Below are positions 46,585-56,892 of a DNA stretch of 64,000 bases, one piece after another. This stretch comes from Candidatus Latescibacterota bacterium (lineage in GTDB: Bacteria > Latescibacterota > UBA2968 > SICM01): positions 2,080,001-2,144,000 of the forward strand of contig CBDCJO010000002.1 in assembly GCA_965217865.1 (NCBI GenBank), in the 5' to 3' direction. How positions within the stretch are numbered: the stretch's first letter is position 1; every line of letters begins with the position of its first letter. The position numbers and the translations under genes are program-made. Under the pieces are notes generated by a model. That model ran no database searches and was not told the origin of the DNA. It worked only from the letters and a program-made list of their open reading frames with translations.

Positions 46585-47928
46585 TCAGGCGGGTCTCTTC
46601 CAACTCTCGATACGTTCCAGGATATGCGTCATCAAACCGGAGATCGGAACGCGGACCTGCTCCATGGTGTCCCGATCGCGTACAGTGACAGAATTGTCTT
46701 GAAGGGTCTGTGAGTCGACGGTGGCGCAATAGGGGGTCCCTGCCTCGTCCATTCGACGATAGCGCCTCCCCACTGCCCCGCTGGCATCAAAAAATACTCT
46801 GAGATGGGGACGCAATTCGGCCTCGATTTTTCGGGCGATCTCCGGCATGTTATCGCGTTTTACGAGGGGAAAAATGGCCAATTTGATCGGGGCCAACTTC
46901 GGATGGAACCGGAGGACCACCCGCTTTTCCCCTTTCACCTCCTCCTCCCCGTAGGCATCGATCAGGAAGGCCATCAGGGGGCGTCCCACACCCACAGAAG
47001 TCTCGATAATATAGGGTGTGAATCTTTCCTTGGTCTGATCGTCAAAGTAATTTAGGCTTTTCCCCGAATACTGTTCATGCCGAGAGAGATCGTAGTCAGT
47101 CCGGTTGTGGATTCCTTCAATCTCTCCCCACCCGAATGGAAATTCGTAATAGATGTCATAGGCCTCCTTAGCATAGTGCGCGCGCTCGTCCTCCTCCTGG
47201 TGATGGAATCGGATTTTATCGGGGGTCATACCGAGGTCTATGTACCATTTAAACCGTTCCTGACGCCAGTAGTCGAAAAACTGCTCATCCGTCCCCGGCT
47301 TCACAAAATATTGCATCTCCATCTGCTCGAATTCCCGGACCCGAAAGAGGAAATTCTTGGTGTTGATCTCGTTTCTAAACGCCTTACCGATCTGTGCGAT
47401 CCCGAATGGGATCTTCTGCCTGGCCGAAGCTTGCACATTCAGGAAATTGACATAGATGCCCTGGCAGGTCTCGGGCCTCATGTAGACGACCGCTCCCTCG
47501 TCCTCGACAGGACCGACGAAAGTCTTAAACATCAGGTTGAACTGCCGGGCTTCCGTGAAGTTGGACTGGCAGCGAACGGCAGGCCGATTGGTATACTTGG
47601 GGCAGACCATGTCCTCGACTTGATCAGCCCGGAACCGCGCATTGCACTCTTTGCAGTCGACCATAGGATCGGTAAAGTGCTCCACGTGGCCGGACGCCTC
47701 CCATGTTCGGGGATGCATCAGGATGCTGGCGTCAATCCCTTCTATGTCCTCCCGGTAGGTCATCTCCTGCCACCAAGCTTCCTTCAGGTTCCGGAGCAGT
47801 TCTACACCGAGAGGTCCGAAATCCCAGCATCCGTTCAAACCGCCGTATATCTCGCTGCCTTGGAAGACAAATCCTCTCCGTTTACACAAGGAGATCAACT
47901 TCTCCAAGACATCCGTCTGTTTCCCCAT
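46585..47928 (-). CDS. glyQS: Glycine--tRNA ligase (alpha2, GlyRS-1 type)
   Basis: LCKRRGF..SEIYGGL, FNLMF, RPETCQG, GKAFRNEI, REFEQME and EGIHNR motifs. ATG 47928 has an AAGGAGG RBS. Confidence 0.95.
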   Translation of the reverse strand: MGKQTDVLEKLISLCKRRGFVFQGSEIYGGLNGCWDFGPLGVELLRNLKEAWWQEMTYREDIEGIDASILMHPRTWEASGHVEHFTDPMVDCKECNARFRADQVEDMVCPKYTNRPAVRCQSNFTEARQFNLMFKTFVGPVEDEGAVVYMRPETCQGIYVNFLNVQASARQKIPFGIAQIGKAFRNEINTKNFLFRVREFEQMEMQYFVKPGTDEQFFDYWRQERFKWYIDLGMTPDKIRFHHQEEDERAHYAKEAYDIYYEFPFGWGEIEGIHNRTDYDLSRHEQYSGKSLNYFDDQTKERFTPYIIETSVGVGRPLMAFLIDAYGEEEVKGEKRVVLRFHPKLAPIKLAIFPLVKRDNMPEIARKIEAELRPHLRVFFDASGAVGRRYRRMDEAGTPYCATVDSQTLQDNSVTVRDRDTMEQVRVPISGLMTHILERIESWKRPA

Positions 47929-48017
47929 TTGACCTCCTTCGATGATAAAAAAGCAGCAAGGGGAACGCCGTTGAACGGTCTGTTCCCCTTGATCCATTTT
48001 ACGATCGAATGGTAAAA

Positions 48018-48350
48018 TCACAAAACAGATTCGATCTTCTCTACAAAGTGAGGTTTGGGCACAGCCCCAACAATCTGCGTGGCGACCTTTCCGTCCTTGA
48101 AGATCAGAAGGGTGGGAATACTTCGGATTCCGAACTCTTCAGCGGTCTTCTGTTCGGAGTCCACGTCAAGCTTGCAAACCTTCACACGTCCCTCATATTC
48201 TTCGGCAAGTTCCTCCACAACCGGCGCAATCGCCCTGCAAGGACCGCACCACGTCGCCCAGAAATCGACGAGCACCGGATGAGGCGATTTTAACACCTCT
48301 TCCGAGAATGTCGTGTCGGTCACCACCAAGGGTTTTCCCAATGGATTCAC
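48018..48350 (-). CDS. trxA: Thioredoxin
   Basis: VDFWATWCGPC and IRSIPT motifs. Confidence 0.95.
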   Translation of the reverse strand: MNPLGKPLVVTDTTFSEEVLKSPHPVLVDFWATWCGPCRAIAPVVEELAEEYEGRVKVCKLDVDSEQKTAEEFGIRSIPTLLIFKDGKVATQIVGAVPKPHFVEKIESVL

Positions 48351-48396
48351 CGCCTTTCATAAAATGTGGTCCGTCACTTCGGGCCAGTTGAAAATG

Positions 48397-48425
48397 AATC
48401 TAAATAATTTGGATTCCCCTGTCAA
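48397..48425 (-). promoter_or_regulatory. Sigma70-type promoter for trxA-glyQS
   Basis: Minus strand TTGACA-N17-TAGATT. Confidence 0.55.
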
Positions 48426-48609
48426 GGAACCAAAAGGCACATGAGACATAACTTGTTTATAATATGGATGTTGGTGGGCATCATGGGAAATTTACAGGCC
48501 CTTGGTGCAGCCCGTTTCCCCCCAGGGACCTTATTCACGACGACGCATCGTTTACCGCTTTGCTCTCTGGATTTAACTTGGGTCGTGGAACTCGAAACAC
48601 GGTACGTTT

Positions 48610-49608
48610 CTAGCGGCATAGGGCGACGACGAGCAACTGAAGAACGATCTCCTCTGTCTGGTATCCGGATTTGAGGCGATCCTCAGCCGTCACAAGGGCC
48701 TCACAGGCATTCCCAAAGTCCGAATTAGAGAATTTTTGACTCTGCCTCACCAATTTGGATGTGACATACGGGGGAAGGCCGAGGCGATTGGGAAACTCCT
48801 TTCCCATTACCCTGGACTCCTGGAGCATCCTGATCTTCATCATGGTGTGAACGTGTTTGGTCAGACGCCACACGATGCCCCCCCCACGCTCTCCGGCCTC
48901 TCGGATCTTGCTAAGAATCCACAGGGCCCGCCCGGAATCCTTGGCCCCGACTGCGTCGGTAAAATCGAAGATGCTGCTCTCCCCTGAAAGGCCGGTCGCC
49001 CCCGCCACGTCCTCTCTCTGGATGACCAGCCGATCTCCGATAAACAGGACCAGCTTTTCGATCTCTCCTGCAACAACACCGATATCTTTGGTTGTCCGTT
49101 CGCAGAAAAGGTGAAGGCCGTCCTTCGAGATCCCCTTTCCGAGGGCCTTGATGTGCCCCGCGATCCAGCTTATGCGGTCCTTTTCCTTTAGTGCCTTGAA
49201 CTCTATGACCCACGCATTTTTCCGAAGCAACCCGAATAGCTTCTTCCGCCCGTCCACCCGGTCCCCCACGAAGATAAGGGTTGTCGACTCCGGAGGTGAT
49301 TCCAATACAGGGATTAAAAGCCGCGATGCATCCTCCGTCAATTCCCCGCAACCGTTTACGACAACGACACGTCGAGGAGCCATCATGGGGAACGAGAGGA
49401 TCCGGTCAACAATCTCCCCGGGAACCGCCTGGCTCGCCGTGAAAACATCCAGATTAAACGTCCGGGACCCTGGATCGAGAGCAGCATCCAAGAGGGTGTT
49501 GAAGGCCATATCCCTCAGATAGGTTTCCTCTCCCACCAGAAGGTAGAGAGAACCGATCTTCCCGGATCGAACTTCAGACCGGAAATTTTCAGAAGTTAAA
49601 ACCGGCAT
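48610..49608 (-). CDS. holA: DNA polymerase III delta subunit
   Basis: YLLVGEETYL, FPMMAPRRVVVV, EIEKL, SIFDFTDAV and EDRLKSG motifs. Confidence 0.88.
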   Translation of the reverse strand: MPVLTSENFRSEVRSGKIGSLYLLVGEETYLRDMAFNTLLDAALDPGSRTFNLDVFTASQAVPGEIVDRILSFPMMAPRRVVVVNGCGELTEDASRLLIPVLESPPESTTLIFVGDRVDGRKKLFGLLRKNAWVIEFKALKEKDRISWIAGHIKALGKGISKDGLHLFCERTTKDIGVVAGEIEKLVLFIGDRLVIQREDVAGATGLSGESSIFDFTDAVGAKDSGRALWILSKIREAGERGGGIVWRLTKHVHTMMKIRMLQESRVMGKEFPNRLGLPPYVTSKLVRQSQKFSNSDFGNACEALVTAEDRLKSGYQTEEIVLQLLVVALCR

Positions 49609-50228
49609 CAGGTTACAGCTCGCACGTAAGAATACTCCAACAACAATTGAATCTCTTCAAGCTGGACGGCCTCGAGGATCTCCCGTCCTTCTCCACCTTT
49701 TGAACAAGCCTCACACCAATCCACGAATTCAAGCGGGAGCCAACGACCCTTCTCTTTCAAACGTCCTCTTGTCCCTGCGCTCCAGTGGCCCTCCGCACCC
49801 GCCAGGATCTGAAGAGCGGACCCGTGTAGATCTGCGAAAAGAGGGTGCTGGCCAACCTTTCCCCACCAGTATTTGCTGTTCGAAAAATCCGGCTCCCTGC
49901 GGTGCATGATCGCGTGCCAGAAGCTCCCCGTTTCGGATTCGATCTTTTGAGATATTCGGTGTGATTCCTTTAGACAATCGTTCCAGAGATAAAGGCCGGA
50001 CTTCACCGCATGTGCGAAATCGTTGGAACCGACCCGCACCCCCTCGAAGAGCGATTCGACGGTGGTGTTGTCCAACCAATCCTTAATCCCGGAATCCGCA
50101 GCCCCTTTCGGTTCTAAAGGGGGAGGCTCCGACCTTTCTCTCAGGCTGTCGATGATCTCGATGATCGGTCTGACTTTGATCGCATCACACGGCATGGATC
50201 CCTCCAGGGTTCGATATAACATCCTCAT
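49608..50228 (-). CDS. Hypothetical protein with HAIMHRREPDxxNSKYW motif
   Basis: Protein-like ORF whose TGA overlaps the holA ATG. Confidence 0.7.
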   Translation of the reverse strand: MRMLYRTLEGSMPCDAIKVRPIIEIIDSLRERSEPPPLEPKGAADSGIKDWLDNTTVESLFEGVRVGSNDFAHAVKSGLYLWNDCLKESHRISQKIESETGSFWHAIMHRREPDFSNSKYWWGKVGQHPLFADLHGSALQILAGAEGHWSAGTRGRLKEKGRWLPLEFVDWCEACSKGGEGREILEAVQLEEIQLLLEYSYVRAVT

Positions 50229-50366
50229 CCATAAAATAAATCATGTCAGGAGACTTGGCAACCCAGAAGAATTTTCCCTTCCAGGACAACTTTCTGCCGA
50301 TCCGGAGCCGATGTTGTGTCAAAGTATCTATTTGTTTTTCATAATATTATATACATTGAGCAAGGT

Positions 50367-50381
50367 TGGCACGAAGCTTGC
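50367..50381 (+). promoter_or_regulatory. Sigma54 (-24/-12) promoter
   Basis: TGGCACG-AAGC-TTGC matches the consensus TGGCACG-N4-TTGC, with an AT-rich tract upstream. Confidence 0.7.
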
Positions 50382-50435
50382 GTTTAGAACCTCTGACCTA
50401 CATTTGACAAAGGGGTCGTCGAAGCTCTCTTCCCC

Positions 50436-50503
50436 GTTCACGGTTTCGCCGCGTGAGGACAAAATCCCCTCCTTCCCCAAGGGATTGCGTGGCGGCCGTG
50501 AAC
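50436..50503 (+). ncRNA. Candidate structured RNA or leader (long nested hairpin)
   Basis: GTTCACGG pairs CCGTGAAC, CGCCGCGT pairs GCGTGGCG (two G-U), and inner AATCCC pairs GGGATT. Confidence 0.35.
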
Positions 50504-50530
50504 CGTCTTTCCCAACGCGAACCGTTCCAT

Positions 50531-50698
50531 ATGGATCAAATCACCGTGTACCTCTTCATTGCAATCGCCTTCGGTCTCGGATCTCTCGTCAGGATCTCGC
50601 GGGAGATCTCGAATCAACTCAAAGAACTCTTCGAGGTCGGACGGTCCTTTCATCAAACAGCTAAAGGAACCACCCAGGCTGCCGATATTAGGAGATAG
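50531..50698 (+). CDS. Putative 55-aa membrane-anchored microprotein
   Basis: MDQITVYLFIAIAFGLGSLVRISREISNQLKELF: an N-terminal hydrophobic helix followed by an amphipathic helix. No clear RBS. Confidence 0.5.
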   Translation: MDQITVYLFIAIAFGLGSLVRISREISNQLKELFEVGRSFHQTAKGTTQAADIRR

Positions 50699-50742
50699 AA
50701 GAATCCATCGCCTGATTATTGTTCATCGCAAAGGGCTTCACC

Positions 50743-50928
50743 GTGAGTGACACGACAACAGACCGAGACCTCGCAATCCTCTACTGGAACCTTCAGCGTA
50801 AGGTCCACACAAATCCCGGCATCCGGGGATATCTCTACGCGCTCACAAAGATCATCCGCAAGCGGCAGATCAAACCCGCGACTTTGAACGCCATCGGCTT
50901 GGATATGGCGGCGGACCTCCATTGGTAG
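50743..50928 (+). CDS. Putative 61-aa basic microprotein
   Basis: (M)SDTTTDRDLAILYWNLQRKVHTNPGIRGYLYALTKIIRKRQIKPATLNAIGLDMAADLHW, with codon usage like the host genes. Confidence 0.55.
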   Translation: MSDTTTDRDLAILYWNLQRKVHTNPGIRGYLYALTKIIRKRQIKPATLNAIGLDMAADLHW

Positions 50929-51087
50929 GTCCCACATTCCCTCCCCTTGTTTGTCCTACCTGACCTGATTAGGCCGGTTTTTTCCCTTGCATCATGTATT
51001 TTTAATCTTTATTTTTAAATTTTCTGGGACAAAACTCCTCTTCCCTCCGAAGGGCGACACGTTCCAGTCGTCGAGGCTTCCGATCAT

Positions 51088-51171
51088 GGCTGCCTGGTGA
51101 AACTGGTAGACACGTTGGCTTTAGGAGCCAATGCCTGAAAAGGTGTCCGAGTTCGAGTCTCGGGGCAGCCA
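51088..51171 (+). tRNA. tRNA-Leu(TAG), CCA not encoded
   Basis: Acceptor GGCTGCC/GGCAGCC, D-loop AACTGGTAGA, anticodon arm TTGGC-TTTAGGA-GCCAA, long variable arm, T arm CCGAG-TTCGAGT-CTCGG and discriminator A. It lies upstream of tig. Confidence 0.92.
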
Positions 51172-51234
51172 AATCGCGATATTCGCGGGGGAGTAGACGA
51201 TCGCTCAAAGATCCGTTCGAGAAGAGGGATCTGT

Positions 51235-52545
51235 TTGGATATCAAATTTAACCTCACTCAGGGAGAAGGCGTAAAACGAACCCTGGAGGTGGAGGTACCC
51301 GCAGAGACGATCGAAGCACGATTGCAGGCCGCGTACTTAAATTATAGCAAAACCCTCAAGCTCTCTGGTTTCCGACAGGGAAAGATACCGATCAGCATCG
51401 TAAAATCCCGCTTCGGAAAGGCCATCGAGGGTGAAGTCCTGAACGACCTGGTCCCGGAGTCCTATAAAAAAGCCTGGAAGCGTTCTGGAATCGAGCCGAT
51501 CTCCCAGCCTGTGATCGACGACGTCAGCTATTCATCGGGAGAAAAACTGAGTTTCAAAGCATCGCTGGAGGTCAAACCGGAGGTCGAGCTCAAGAAACAC
51601 ACGGGCTTGCGGGCGACACGGACCCAGTTCCGGATAAGCGATGCCGATGTTGAACGCCAGATCAACCACCTCCGCGAAAAAAGCGCAGAGGACCAGAGCG
51701 TGAACCGGCCTGCACAGCTTGGGGACATGCTGGTCGGCGATTTTCAGGAGATCGATTCATCCGGAGTGCATATCCTGGGTCGGAAGTATGAAGACCGGAC
51801 ATTCCTGATTGGTGGCGAACGGTCCTTTAGCCACGACTTCGACAACCAGATGGTCGGGGCGACCCAAGGCGACAACCGCCGCGTGCGTTTCACGTATAAC
51901 CGAGACCTCGCTGATTCCGACCTCGCGGGAAAAGAGGCCGCGTTCGAAGTATCCGTCAAAGATGTCCGGGAGCGGAAGCTCCCCGCAATCGATGTCGAAT
52001 TTGCCAAAGATCACGGTGCGAAGGACCTGGATGACTTCCACGGACAAACCCGGGAACAATTGAAAACTCAGGCCGATTACGCTTCCCAGAAACGGCTCGA
52101 ATCCAACATCCTTTCCGAGCTTGTGCGGGAGAACCTCTTCGACCCCCCGGAAACGATGGTGACCAATGCCCTGGACGCCATCGTCGAAGAATACACCAAA
52201 GAACACGAAGGACACGATCATCCGGTCGATGAAGCCCAAATCCGTGATCAGAATCGCGACATGGTGATATATCAGATCAGAACGCACCTTCTCTTGGAAG
52301 CCGTGTCGAAACGAGAGGGGTTGGTCGTAACGGATGAGGATGTAGACGAACGAATCAAAAAGATGGCAGAGGTCAACCGACAGAACTTCAAATCTTTAAA
52401 ACGAAATCTGGAGCGCAACAACCAGATCGACCGAATTCAGCGGGATATCGCCGCTGAAATACCCCTCCAATTCCTGATCGATCGAGCGCAAATCGAAGAG
52501 GTTGAGGAAAATCTGACTGAAGGGGGACGGATCATCACCCCCTGA
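51235..52545 (+). CDS. tig: Trigger factor
   Basis: GFRQGKIP ribosome-binding motif, FKBP-like domain and tig-clpP-clpX synteny. Confidence 0.92.
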   Translation: MDIKFNLTQGEGVKRTLEVEVPAETIEARLQAAYLNYSKTLKLSGFRQGKIPISIVKSRFGKAIEGEVLNDLVPESYKKAWKRSGIEPISQPVIDDVSYSSGEKLSFKASLEVKPEVELKKHTGLRATRTQFRISDADVERQINHLREKSAEDQSVNRPAQLGDMLVGDFQEIDSSGVHILGRKYEDRTFLIGGERSFSHDFDNQMVGATQGDNRRVRFTYNRDLADSDLAGKEAAFEVSVKDVRERKLPAIDVEFAKDHGAKDLDDFHGQTREQLKTQADYASQKRLESNILSELVRENLFDPPETMVTNALDAIVEEYTKEHEGHDHPVDEAQIRDQNRDMVIYQIRTHLLLEAVSKREGLVVTDEDVDERIKKMAEVNRQNFKSLKRNLERNNQIDRIQRDIAAEIPLQFLIDRAQIEEVEENLTEGGRIITP

Positions 52546-52559
52546 AGGAGTTTAAACTA

Positions 52560-53174
52560 ATGGCTCTTATCCCGATGGTCCTGGAGCAGACGGGCCGGGG
52601 CGAACGGATGTACGATATCTTTTCTCGCCTCTTAAAAGACCGAATCATATTCATCGGAACCCCGATCAACGATCCTATCGCGAATCTGGTCATCGCCCAG
52701 CTCCTTTTCCTTCAAGCGGAAGATCCTGAGAAACCCGTCCACCTCTACATCAACACCCCAGGCGGGACGATCCCCGCGGGGTTGGCGATCTATGACACCA
52801 TGCAATACATCGCCAACGACGTCAATACCATCTGCATCGGACAGGCGTTCAGTATGGGGGCGCTCCTTTTGGCCGGAGGGACCCAGGGAAAGCGTTCAGG
52901 TCTCCCCAACTCACGCATCCTAATCCATCAGCCTTATGGCCAGGTCGGCGGACAGGCCTCCGATGTTGAAATTCACGCAAACGAACTCCTCTACTTCCGC
53001 AAACGATTCAACCAAATCCTGTCCGAGCATACCGGACAACCCATCGAACGGATCGATAAGGATTCCGACCGGGATTTCTACATGTCTCCCGAACAGGCTG
53101 TGGAATACGGCTTGATCGATGAAGTCTTCAGCCCACAAAAGTCTGAGGGTGGATCCAACGGAAATCAACCATGA
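52560..53174 (+). CDS. clpP: ATP-dependent Clp protease proteolytic subunit
   Basis: [26 protein letters not shown] and DRD motifs. Confidence 0.96.
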   Translation: MALIPMVLEQTGRGERMYDIFSRLLKDRIIFIGTPINDPIANLVIAQLLFLQAEDPEKPVHLYINTPGGTIPAGLAIYDTMQYIANDVNTICIGQAFSMGALLLAGGTQGKRSGLPNSRILIHQPYGQVGGQASDVEIHANELLYFRKRFNQILSEHTGQPIERIDKDSDRDFYMSPEQAVEYGLIDEVFSPQKSEGGSNGNQP

Positions 53175-54403
53175 AGCGCAGAACCCTATCCCCGGACCCT
53201 AAATGCTCTTTTTGCGGAAAGGGTCCGGATCAAGTGGAACGGATCGTTACCGGACCCTCCGTTCACATCTGCAGTGAGTGTGTTCGTCTCTGTAACGATA
53301 TCCTCTGCGAGGATGCAAAGGCGAAACCCGCTTCCGTAAGCCAGGATTTGCCTAAACCTGCCAAAATCAAGAAGCGGCTCGACGAGTATATCATCGGACA
53401 GGACCGGGCGAAACGCGCCCTGTCCGTCGCAGTTTACAACCACTATAAACGGATCCGCTCCAGGACCTCGCCCGACAGTGTGGAGCTCGATAAAAGCAAC
53501 ATCCTCCTGATCGGGCTCACCGGGACTGGAAAAACGCTCCTCGCCCAGACGCTGGCCCGGATCCTCAGGGTGCCGTTTGCCATGGCGGACGCCACGATTT
53601 TGACAGAGGCGGGCTATGTGGGAGAGGACGTCGAGAACATTCTCGTTCGCCTCCTCCAGGCAGCCGATTACGACGTCGCGAAAGCCGAAACAGGCATCCT
53701 CTACCTAGATGAAATCGACAAGATTTCTCGAAAGACCTCTAATCCCTCCATCACGCGCGACGTCTCCGGAGAGGGCGTTCAACAGGCCCTTTTGAAAATT
53801 GTGGAGGGAACCTCCGCGAACGTGCCTCCGAAAGGTGGTCGGAAACACCCCGAGCAACCCTTGATACAGATCAACACAAAGAATATCCTCTTTATCTGTG
53901 GCGGGGCCTTTGACGGACTCAGTCGAATCATCAGCGCGCGGATCGGCCGTCGAACCATGGGGTTCGGGGCCGAAGTGGACCACCCCGCCGAACGGAATAT
54001 GGGTGAGATCATGGCTCACGTTGAGCCCGATGATCTGATCAAATACGGGCTCATCCCTGAGCTTGTCGGGCGCCTACCGATCGTATCCGCCCTGGACGAC
54101 CTGGACGAGGAAGCCCTTCTCAGGATCCTCGTCGAGCCCAAGAATGCCATCACAAAACAGTACCAGAAGCTGTTCAAAATTGATGGTGTCGAGTTGAACT
54201 TCCAAGAAGCAGCCTTAAAGCGAATCGTCGAGCTCACCCTCCAGAAGGGAACAGGGGCCCGCGGGCTCCGGTCTGTTCTGGAAGAAGTCATGATCGACCT
54301 CATGTACGAAGTACCCTCAAAAACCGAGGTCAAGTCTTGCGACATCACCGAAGAGATGGTCCTCTCCCGCTGGCCTGCCTACGCCGTTCAAAAAAGGGCA
54401 TGA
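53171..54403 (+). CDS. clpX: Clp protease ATP-binding subunit ClpX
   Basis: Zinc-binding [37 protein letters not shown] and GARGLR motifs. Confidence 0.96.
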   Translation: MKRRTLSPDPKCSFCGKGPDQVERIVTGPSVHICSECVRLCNDILCEDAKAKPASVSQDLPKPAKIKKRLDEYIIGQDRAKRALSVAVYNHYKRIRSRTSPDSVELDKSNILLIGLTGTGKTLLAQTLARILRVPFAMADATILTEAGYVGEDVENILVRLLQAADYDVAKAETGILYLDEIDKISRKTSNPSITRDVSGEGVQQALLKIVEGTSANVPPKGGRKHPEQPLIQINTKNILFICGGAFDGLSRIISARIGRRTMGFGAEVDHPAERNMGEIMAHVEPDDLIKYGLIPELVGRLPIVSALDDLDEEALLRILVEPKNAITKQYQKLFKIDGVELNFQEAALKRIVELTLQKGTGARGLRSVLEEVMIDLMYEVPSKTEVKSCDITEEMVLSRWPAYAVQKRA

Positions 54404-54502
54404 GGAGAGGTGTTTAGCCGAGCTTCTTCAGTCACACATCTAGTCTCTTCGGTTGATTCGTGACTCCCGACTCGCGGCTGATTTGGCATAACTCCCAATG
54501 CC

Positions 54503-55132
54503 ATGAAGATACACACTGCCGAGTTTGTCCTCAGTGCGGCCAGGCACGATCAGCTCCCGCGCAACTGGCTGCCCGAGGTCGCCTTCGCGGGTCGGTCGAA
54601 CGTCGGAAAGTCCTCGCTCCTTAACGCCCTGCTTCAGCGTAAACATCTCGCCAAAATAAGCTCCACGCCCGGCAAGACTCGTCTTCTGAATTGCTACCTG
54701 ATCAATAATGACTTCAACTTCATAGATCTTCCAGGATACGGTTACGCGAAGGCCCCGGTTGCCAAGCGACGTGAGTGGGGGCGGATGGTCGAGGCCTACG
54801 TGACGGACCGGGCCACACTCCAGGGGATCGTCCACCTTGTCGACGCGCGTCACCGGCCCTCCCGGGAAGACCTGGACCTGATCGCGTGGCTTCTGGACCT
54901 CCGGATCCCATTTGCGATGGTTGCCACGAAATCAGACAAACTATCACACAGCCGTCTGCAACGTCAAATCGTAGAAATTAAAGCATCCCTCCCGAACCCG
55001 ATTCCATATCCGATCTACCCGTGTTCCGCGAACACGGGCAAAGGGATCCCGGAACTCTGGAGGTGGCTTGAGGGAATAATGAAACCTACCCGGAAGTCGA
55101 ATAAACCGCGAATCTCTTCAGGGAGTCTTTGA
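54503..55132 (+). CDS. engB: GTP-binding protein EngB/YihA/YsxC
   Basis: GRSNVGKSS, DLPGYG and TKSDK motifs. Confidence 0.93.
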   Translation: MKIHTAEFVLSAARHDQLPRNWLPEVAFAGRSNVGKSSLLNALLQRKHLAKISSTPGKTRLLNCYLINNDFNFIDLPGYGYAKAPVAKRREWGRMVEAYVTDRATLQGIVHLVDARHRPSREDLDLIAWLLDLRIPFAMVATKSDKLSHSRLQRQIVEIKASLPNPIPYPIYPCSANTGKGIPELWRWLEGIMKPTRKSNKPRISSGSL

Positions 55133-55135
55133 TTC

Positions 55136-56875
55136 TTGAAGCACCTTTTCCGCATCGCACTGGCTCAGATCAACGTCACAGTTGGGGACTTCGAAGGGAA
55201 CTTGCGCAAGATCGTGGAAGCCATCTCCCACGCTCGCGATCTCGAAGCGGACCTGGTTGTCCTTCCCGAAATGGCCGTAACCGGATACCCTCCCGAGGAC
55301 CTTCTGTTCAAACCCCGGTTCGTGGACGCCAGTGTTGCCGCCGTCAATAGGATCGCTGGAGAGTCAAAAGGAATCGTCGCTGTCGTGGGATTTGCGGACC
55401 GGAAAGAGGACATATACAACGCGGCCGCGGTCATTGCAGACGGCCGGATAGCAGACGTCTACCACAAACACTTCCTTCCAAATTACGGCGTATTCGATGA
55501 AGATCGTTACTTCCAGGCCGGGACCGAAATCCCCGTCTATCGCCTCGGAAGGACCTCTTTCGGAGTGAACATTTGCGAAGACATCTGGTACCCGGGGGGG
55601 CCGGCAAGGGTTCAGTCCCTCTTCGGTGAAGCCCAGGTCATTATCAACATCTCGTCGTCGCCGTTCACGTGTGGAAAGGGGAATACACGGGAATCCCTTC
55701 TGGCCACGAGGGCAATCGATTGCGGGTCGGCCGTGGCCTATACCAATCTGGTCGGGGGCCAGGACGAGCTCGTTTTCGATGGGGGAAGCCTGATTATCGA
55801 TCAAAACGGGAAGACCATTGCGCGGGGAAAGCAGTTCGAGGAGGACTTTGTCGTGGCCGACCTGGATGTGGAGGCCATTTTTCGACATCGGTTGCACGAC
55901 CCGCGCCGCCGTAAGGAAAAACTGAATGGCGAGCAGGACCGGATGGTCCATTTTGTAGAACTGCCCTCTCCCGACTTCACTCGTGAACGAAAACCGCTTT
56001 CCTCACACGATGTGACCCCCCTCGATCCGCTGTCTGAGATCTACGCGGCGCTGACCACAGGGGTCCGGAACTACGTTCACAAGAACAAGTTCGAGAAAGT
56101 CGTCGTGGGCATAAGTGGGGGGATAGACTCGGCGATGGTCGCGGCAATCGCGGTAGACGCGCTCGGAAAGGGGAACGTGATCGGGGCGACCATGCCTTCG
56201 CAGTACTCCTCGAAATCCACCTTTTCAGACGCTCGTCAGTTCGCTCAAAACCTGGGGATTCGGTTTTTGATCATCCCCATCGGCGAAACCTTCGACAACT
56301 ATCGCCAACTCCTGGCCGACGAGTTTCAGGGAAGGGCGGAAGATGTCACCGAAGAGAATCTCCAGGCCCGAATTCGTGGGAATCTCCTGATGGCCCTCTC
56401 GAATAAATTTGGGTGGCTTGTCCTCACGACAGGTGATAAAAGCGAGATGAGCGTCGGTTTTGCGACGCTATACGGAGATCTGTCCGGAGGATTCGCCGTG
56501 ATTAAAGACATCTACAAGACGCTTCTTTATGATCTCGCCAGGCATCGTAACAAACAGGCGGGGTGGGACCTCATCCCGAATTCCGTCCTGGAGCGAGAGC
56601 CCTCTCCGGAACTCAAGCCGGATCAGAAGGCTTCCGACACCCTCCCCCCCTACAGCATCCTCGATCCGATACTAAAGTATTATGTCGAACAGGATATGAG
56701 CCCTCACGAGATTATCGAACTGGGGTTCGAAGAACAGGTTGTCAGGGACGTCATCCGTCGCGTCGACCGGAGCGAGTATAAAAGAAGGCAGGCCCCTCCT
56801 GGCATCAAAGTCACCCCTCGCGCATTCGGGCGCGATCGAAGGATTCCCATTACCAACGATTATCAGGATCCCTGA
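55136..56875 (+). CDS. nadE: Glutamine-dependent NAD+ synthetase
   Basis: Nitrilase domain (PE, K, ICEDIW) plus SGGIDSA, ENLQARIRG, TLYGD and EYKRRQ motifs. Confidence 0.94.
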   Translation: MKHLFRIALAQINVTVGDFEGNLRKIVEAISHARDLEADLVVLPEMAVTGYPPEDLLFKPRFVDASVAAVNRIAGESKGIVAVVGFADRKEDIYNAAAVIADGRIADVYHKHFLPNYGVFDEDRYFQAGTEIPVYRLGRTSFGVNICEDIWYPGGPARVQSLFGEAQVIINISSSPFTCGKGNTRESLLATRAIDCGSAVAYTNLVGGQDELVFDGGSLIIDQNGKTIARGKQFEEDFVVADLDVEAIFRHRLHDPRRRKEKLNGEQDRMVHFVELPSPDFTRERKPLSSHDVTPLDPLSEIYAALTTGVRNYVHKNKFEKVVVGISGGIDSAMVAAIAVDALGKGNVIGATMPSQYSSKSTFSDARQFAQNLGIRFLIIPIGETFDNYRQLLADEFQGRAEDVTEENLQARIRGNLLMALSNKFGWLVLTTGDKSEMSVGFATLYGDLSGGFAVIKDIYKTLLYDLARHRNKQAGWDLIPNSVLEREPSPELKPDQKASDTLPPYSILDPILKYYVEQDMSPHEIIELGFEEQVVRDVIRRVDRSEYKRRQAPPGIKVTPRAFGRDRRIPITNDYQDP

Positions 56876-56892
56876 ACCCGTCTTTCCGGACT

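Noticed and set aside
51088-51171. tRNA as an amber suppressor or integration site
   Set aside because: Anticodon TAG reads CUA (Leu), not UAG. No integrase or duplicated 3' end is nearby, and a missing encoded CCA is common.
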